Positions 34,574 to 39,719 of a stretch of 39,719 nt of DNA are shown in pieces. The notes under the pieces were generated by a model, which worked only from the letters and a program-made list of their open reading frames with translations, did not search any database and had not been told where the DNA came from. The translations under genes and the position numbers were made by a program. Every line of letters starts with the position of its first letter. Position 1 is the stretch's first letter. Origin of the DNA: Candidatus Heimdallarchaeota archaeon (GTDB taxonomy: Archaea > Asgardarchaeota > Heimdallarchaeia > Heimdallarchaeales > Heimdallarchaeaceae); the NCBI GenBank assembly GCA_021399345.1, contig JAAFKI010000127.1, forward strand, positions 1 to 39,719, in the 5' to 3' direction.

Positions 34574-35086
34574 TCAATAATCAAATGGAATATCGTGTAT
34601 TTCTATACCTGTTTTCCATCTTTTACATTCTTTTTCTTTTAAACTCATAAATAGTTCAATATGTCCAATTATGTTGAAACCCATTTCATTGAATATTTTC
34701 ATAGCATGTTTGTTTCTCGCTACTGGTCTTATGGATAGATATTTTATTCCCTTCTCACTTGAATTATTAATTATGAATCGTAGTAATTTCTTCCCTATAC
34801 CTCTTTTTCGATAAGCTGTGCTTATTATGATGGGTTCCACTTCTGCTTCCTTTCCTTTAATAATTAGACCAACCAGCCCTACTATCTCATTATCCAATAC
34901 TGCTACCCAAATATTTTCTTCCCCATATTTTTCTAAATGTTCGTCGAATGCTTGACCAGGATTATTTCCTCCAATAGAAGAATCCTCATAAATTTCTTGA
35001 TGATATTCAGTTAGTTCAATCCACATTTTCTGACAAAGAGCATTATCAGATTCCTTGTAATTTCGAATTTTTACATCCTCTAACAT
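34574..35086 (-). CDS. GNAT-family acetyltransferase
   Basis: YRKRGIGKKL acetyl-CoA motif, NKHAMKIFNEMGF. Confidence 0.88.
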   Translation of the reverse strand: MLEDVKIRNYKESDNALCQKMWIELTEYHQEIYEDSSIGGNNPGQAFDEHLEKYGEENIWVAVLDNEIVGLVGLIIKGKEAEVEPIIISTAYRKRGIGKKLLRFIINNSSEKGIKYLSIRPVARNKHAMKIFNEMGFNIIGHIELFMSLKEKECKRWKTGIEIHDIPFDY

Positions 35087-35201
35087 TTCCTTTCAAAAGA
35101 GATATTTCTGCTATGTAATTAAAATTTGCGTCGAAAAGGATATTACTACTATTTGTTTAAGAGTCACCGAAAGATTTATTAGGTGTCAATATGTTGATAT
35201 A

Positions 35202-36590
35202 TTGATATATCTTTACTGTGCTGAGTTGCTATGTATGAAAATCAAAACTAAATCTCTGATAATTATTCTGATTGTAATCTGTTCAATAATTGGTGCATTA
35301 TATGGTATAATAATATTTACGATGAACCTTCGTGGTGGATTCCCAAGAACAAAAATTCTAATTGATGAAGATAAAGATTTAGCCAGATATCCTGGTAATG
35401 GAACTCTTGAGAATCCATATATAATTGAAGGTTTGAGTTTCGATACAACCAGATCTAATGGGCTAGTTATTAAAGATGTAACTTCATGCTTTGAAATTCG
35501 TAATTGTGATATTTCTGCAAATTGGATAGCTATCTCTATTCATAACATTAACAGTACTTATTGTGGGATTTATAATTCAACTTTCTCTGCATATGAATTA
35601 GGTATTTATGCTAGAGAAATCAATTCTATTGTTGTTGAAAATAGTCATATCACAGCCTCAACTGTAGGATTTAGCATAGAAGGAGCCACTAATATGTCTA
35701 TTAGTAATAATACTATTTTTGGGGGAGCACATGGACTTGACATTGATTTTGTACTTGAAGGTTCAGTAATGAACAATACCTTAAGTGGATGCTATGGTAT
35801 TATTATCTCTTATCCGACATATAATACACTAAATATTTATCAAAATACTTTTCTCTACAGCAGCTTTTTTGTTGGGTCATATGCCAGCAATTTATATTAT
35901 CAAAAGAAACTCAATTTTAGCTTCAATTCTTTTGTTGAACAACATCCAACCGAATACTTTCATAGAGGGATAATTTTTGTTGAGTATATGGATTATAATG
36001 CTTTTCAAAATTCATCTTTTATCAATAACACGATTAATGGAAAAGAGCTAATTTTTCTAACGCATAAAAATAATTTATCTATTTCTAATATAGAATTAGG
36101 ACAACTTACTCTGATCAGATGTACAAATGTTACAGTAAATAATATAAGTTTGCAGAATTCTAATCAAATAAGTATAGTGAATTGCACAGATATCGCAATT
36201 ATCAATAGTTCTTTCTCTTTCTGTTCAAAATTACTATCCCTAGATTGTTATAAAATTCAAATCAATAATTCTAGATTTACAAACTGTTTTAGGGCAATTA
36301 ATATTATAAGTGGAGTAGATTTCGACATTTCCTATTGTCTATTTCAAAATAATTCTGATTCAGCAATTATATTCGATAAAGTTTTCAATTCCACTGTACA
36401 TCACAATTCTTTCATGGATAGTTCTTCAGCAATTGATCGAAACGGTAACAATAATCTCTGGTTCGATGATAGTTTAAATGAAGGGAACTTTTGGATAGAT
36501 TTTACAGGCTATTCTGTATATGAAATTCCAGGTTCAACAGGATCGGTTGATTCTTATCCGCTATCTGAACCACCAATATCCCATCAATAA
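35202..36590 (+). CDS. NosD/parallel beta-helix protein with N-terminal TM (start probably ATG 35235)
   Basis: PGNGTLENPYIIE, beta-helix repeats, HHNSF, GNFW...DSYPL. Confidence 0.85.
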   Translation: MIYLYCAELLCMKIKTKSLIIILIVICSIIGALYGIIIFTMNLRGGFPRTKILIDEDKDLARYPGNGTLENPYIIEGLSFDTTRSNGLVIKDVTSCFEIRNCDISANWIAISIHNINSTYCGIYNSTFSAYELGIYAREINSIVVENSHITASTVGFSIEGATNMSISNNTIFGGAHGLDIDFVLEGSVMNNTLSGCYGIIISYPTYNTLNIYQNTFLYSSFFVGSYASNLYYQKKLNFSFNSFVEQHPTEYFHRGIIFVEYMDYNAFQNSSFINNTINGKELIFLTHKNNLSISNIELGQLTLIRCTNVTVNNISLQNSNQISIVNCTDIAIINSSFSFCSKLLSLDCYKIQINNSRFTNCFRAINIISGVDFDISYCLFQNNSDSAIIFDKVFNSTVHHNSFMDSSSAIDRNGNNNLWFDDSLNEGNFWIDFTGYSVYEIPGSTGSVDSYPLSEPPISHQ

Positions 36591-36614
36591 AATTGGCGCT
36601 AGATTTATAGGTAT

Positions 36615-37901
36615 TTGTGCCTTATTGTTTATGTTAGTAGTATGACAAATATCTCTAGAAAACTTCTTAGTATAATTGTTCTGTCTATACTATTGATTGG
36701 TGTATTAACAACAATCTCATACTTTCTAATTACATATGAAAAAGAGGATTCTGGAGATAGTAGTATAATTATAAAATCTGATGCAGATCTCATTAGTTAC
36801 GGTTTTCCAGGAAATGGAACACTTGAAAATCCCTATATTATAGAGAACTTAAACATCAAACAAGGGAATATAGAAATTGGAGATACTACTAAATATTTAG
36901 TTGTTAGAAATTGCTTTGTAAGCGCTCCTGAGTGTATTGGGTTTGATTGCGATCCCTCATCAATTGAACTTCACGAGAATGCTGATGGCACAGTTGCTAT
37001 AATTAATAATACAATTACAAGTCCAGCGGTAGGTATACATATTTTTGCTGTAGATTCCGTTGTCATAAAAGGAAACGTCTTCATTGAATGTTATAAGGGT
37101 ATTTACATATCCTCTGGTAATAATCTAACTGTTCAATCCAACTCTTTTCTAAGATGTAATACTGGAATGAACACTGGATTATCTTATATCTCAAAAATGA
37201 GTGATAATTCATTTATAGATTGCAAACGTGGTATATGGGTTTGTTCTTATAATTCACTTTATGTAAATAATTCACTTTGGAACTGCAGAATTACATGTGC
37301 TTCCCCTCTTGTGATATTAGAACAGAATAATACTTTTGAAAATAATACGATAAATGGTTTGAAATTTGGTTGCTTCCTGAATGAAGTAAATTTATTGTTA
37401 GATGTTGCACAATATGGGCAAATTTACGTAGTCAATTGTTCTTTTGTGAATATTACTAATCAGTATACAGATAGCTCGTACTTACATATATATTTATACA
37501 GATGTTCAAATATAAGCATCTTTAACTGCACATTTTCTGGATCTGATACTGGAATAACTTGCGACTTTGTTTCTAATATAACCCTAACAAGATGTCTTTT
37601 CATAAACTGTTCTTCACCATTGTATATCTATGGAAGCTATAATATGGAGTTAAGTTATAACCAATTCACTAATTCTAGCAATAAAGGAATATACTTGAAA
37701 TTTAGTGATTGTTTAATTCATCATAATAGTTTTATTTCAAATAATCTTCATGCAGAAGATAATGGGGACACTAACATTTGGTATGATATTATCCTACTAG
37801 AAGGTAATTATTGGGATTCCTGGAACGGAGTAGGTTCGTATAATATCCCTGGCGATGCAATGTCAAATGATCCTTATCCTTTATCTGAACCACCTGTATA
37901 A
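36615..37901 (+). CDS. NosD/parallel beta-helix protein, tandem paralog (start probably ATG 36642)
   Basis: PGNGTLENPYIIE, HHNSF, GNYW...DPYPLSEPP. Confidence 0.85.
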   Translation: MCLIVYVSSMTNISRKLLSIIVLSILLIGVLTTISYFLITYEKEDSGDSSIIIKSDADLISYGFPGNGTLENPYIIENLNIKQGNIEIGDTTKYLVVRNCFVSAPECIGFDCDPSSIELHENADGTVAIINNTITSPAVGIHIFAVDSVVIKGNVFIECYKGIYISSGNNLTVQSNSFLRCNTGMNTGLSYISKMSDNSFIDCKRGIWVCSYNSLYVNNSLWNCRITCASPLVILEQNNTFENNTINGLKFGCFLNEVNLLLDVAQYGQIYVVNCSFVNITNQYTDSSYLHIYLYRCSNISIFNCTFSGSDTGITCDFVSNITLTRCLFINCSSPLYIYGSYNMELSYNQFTNSSNKGIYLKFSDCLIHHNSFISNNLHAEDNGDTNIWYDIILLEGNYWDSWNGVGSYNIPGDAMSNDPYPLSEPPV

Positions 37902-37940
37902 CTAAATCTTTTATATCCAAAAGTCAAATATGTTTTTGAA

Positions 37941-38501
37941 ATGACTGGCCAGATACCTGATTCTTTTCTTTATGAAGGTGAGGTTTATTCCCTTATTGGT
38001 ATCGAAGAAGAAGAACCTTTTTCTCCTTTAGATTATGATATCATGCCTGAAATGGCTTCTACAGCTTGTTGGAGAGGATTTGTCTTATATTACAAATTAG
38101 ATGATAATTATCTGACTCTTCAGGATATGCAGCTTAATACCCAAGAAGCTAAGAAAATTAATGGAGTTAAACCTATGAAAACTAAAGATATGTTCAAATT
38201 TCACTACCAAGACTTGAACCTTAAACTCGATTATACTGGTAAGTTGTTGATTGCTCGTGACTTCATTGATGAGATGTATGTACATATGGGTTTTCAGAGA
38301 CCTATTGCCTTTCGCAAAGTAGTCGAATTGGATTTCAATAATGGTGAGCTTCTTTCAGTGAATGATTTGTCAGAACAAATGGAAAATAGACGGAATAAGT
38401 CTCCTGCTGATGGTGCTAGACCTAAAACTATGAAAGACAAAGATGTGAAAAATTGGATAAAGGATACTTTTTCTCGTAAACAGAACAAAGAAGAAAAATG
38501 A
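37941..38501 (+). CDS. Hypothetical protein with STACWRG motif
   Basis: Clean ORF, TATA about 25 bp upstream; MTGQIPD...STACWRGF...YVHMGF. Confidence 0.75.
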   Translation: MTGQIPDSFLYEGEVYSLIGIEEEEPFSPLDYDIMPEMASTACWRGFVLYYKLDDNYLTLQDMQLNTQEAKKINGVKPMKTKDMFKFHYQDLNLKLDYTGKLLIARDFIDEMYVHMGFQRPIAFRKVVELDFNNGELLSVNDLSEQMENRRNKSPADGARPKTMKDKDVKNWIKDTFSRKQNKEEK

Positions 38502-38546
38502 GGTTTACAGCTGTTTCGATGATTTAAAATACGCTCTTCTATTTGG

Positions 38547-39098
38547 TTGATTATCATGGATGTTTCAGCTAATTTAGGAAAGAATTTGGAATCTATAGAT
38601 TTATCTTTAGAATCTCCTATGAATTTCAGATTAGCTGCAGTTTTGGTACCAATTTATGTAAAGGATCAGAAAATACTTTTAACTAAAAGAACAGAAAACT
38701 TGTCACATCATCAAGGGCAAATATCTTTCCCTGGAGGAAGATTTGATGAATCAGATGGAAATCTAGTAGAGACTGCTCTCAGAGAAACTGAAGAAGAAGT
38801 TGGAATAAAGAGAGAATCTATTCATGTTTTAGGTAGCCTTAATCCACTACTATCTACAAGTATGCATTATGTTTATCCTTTAGTTGCCTTCATCAATGAA
38901 GATGTAGAATTAAAAATTAATCCTGAAGAAGTGCAAGAAACTTTCTTTGCAGATATTAAACAATTATTACTTCCCGAAAATAATCTTTCTGGAATGTTCA
39001 ATAATCAAGAATATATGTACTATAGTGTTGGAAACTATAAAATTTGGGGATTAACTCATCTTATACTTACTGATTTACTTACTAGATTGAAGAAATAG
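38547..39098 (+). CDS. CoA pyrophosphatase (Nudix, NudL/PCD1-like)
   Basis: AAVLVP, LLTKR...HQGQISFPGG, ALRETEEEVG, IWGLT. Confidence 0.92.
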   Translation: MIIMDVSANLGKNLESIDLSLESPMNFRLAAVLVPIYVKDQKILLTKRTENLSHHQGQISFPGGRFDESDGNLVETALRETEEEVGIKRESIHVLGSLNPLLSTSMHYVYPLVAFINEDVELKINPEEVQETFFADIKQLLLPENNLSGMFNNQEYMYYSVGNYKIWGLTHLILTDLLTRLKK

Positions 39099-39100
39099 TA

Positions 39101-39571
39101 TCATTTTTTATCTTGCTTTTCCATTTCATCTATTATTTCATCAGCAATGGTTTTTGCTAGTTCATCAGCCAGCTCTTCATCAAGTATTTCTTCGCCTTCT
39201 GCTTCTTCTTCCTCTGATTCAGGCATAATTAATACAGGAATACGTTGATCTTTAAGATAATATTCAAAGGCTTCTGGCTGTGCCATAGCATCCATCATAC
39301 TACCTACCAACTCATTATAAGCTTCTTCTAGATTTATTATTGCATCTTGCATCTCTTGCCAGGGATAATACTCACTCTTGTTTGTATAAAAATGATCAAC
39401 CATTTCTTCAGGATCGAAAAACTGTTTTTCTACTTTGTATCTTAAATTAGAGAGATGGGCAATGTTTGAGCGGTATTTGTCTAGCATTTGACCACATTTT
39501 TGCAAGTATTGCTTGAAAGAAATCTCTTCCATATATTCTAGAATGAATCCTAACATATAACTTATTCGCAA
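39101..39571 (-). CDS. Hypothetical protein with acidic C-terminus
   Basis: Helical ORF with E/D-rich tail; start uncertain. Confidence 0.65.
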   Translation of the reverse strand: MRISYMLGFILEYMEEISFKQYLQKCGQMLDKYRSNIAHLSNLRYKVEKQFFDPEEMVDHFYTNKSEYYPWQEMQDAIINLEEAYNELVGSMMDAMAQPEAFEYYLKDQRIPVLIMPESEEEEAEGEEILDEELADELAKTIADEIIDEMEKQDKK

Positions 39572-39719
39572 AATAGCTCATTTTGATACCTTAAAGATAG
39601 CAAATAAGTAAATTTCTTAAAGGGATAAGATTATCGAATTTTATGTTTGAACAGCTGCAGCTACCTGTTGAGTTATCGAAATTAATGGTGTCTATCACTC
39701 CTTTACTAGGAATAAGTGG

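Noticed and set aside
5810-38557. Numerous 60-125 aa antisense or overlapping ORFs in the track
   Set aside because: They lie within well-supported genes and have no recognisable motifs

Overview
An AT-rich archaeal chromosomal window, most likely from an Asgard archaeon (possibly Heimdallarchaeia). This is inferred from TATA-type promoters, GGTGA ribosome-binding sites, PEF-CTERM-type sorting tails, an Arf-like GTPase-longin fusion, a longin/DENN-like protein and several zinc-ribbon membrane proteins. Metabolic genes include ADP-forming acyl-CoA synthetase alpha, an SDR-type threonine dehydrogenase, a UbiA prenyltransferase, intein-containing guaB, lysine 6-aminotransferase, a split FTCD pair and a CoA pyrophosphatase. 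Two selfish elements are present: a LAGLIDADG intein and a stand-alone tnpB with a rearranged, Fanzor-like RuvC site. The best candidate for an undescribed system is a 918-aa surface protein built of eight tandem Ig-like repeats. Each repeat has an invariant Gln in its first strand and an invariant Cys in its last strand, which suggests self-forming Cys-Gln thioester cross-links. Other standouts are a type III polyketide synthase, a reductive-dehalogenase-family enzyme fused to an ABCE1/RLI-type Fe-S domain, a circularly permuted family-5 solute-binding protein, an aminotransferase-SCP2 fusion and two structured non-coding segments. All calls come from reading motifs by eye; no searches were run.
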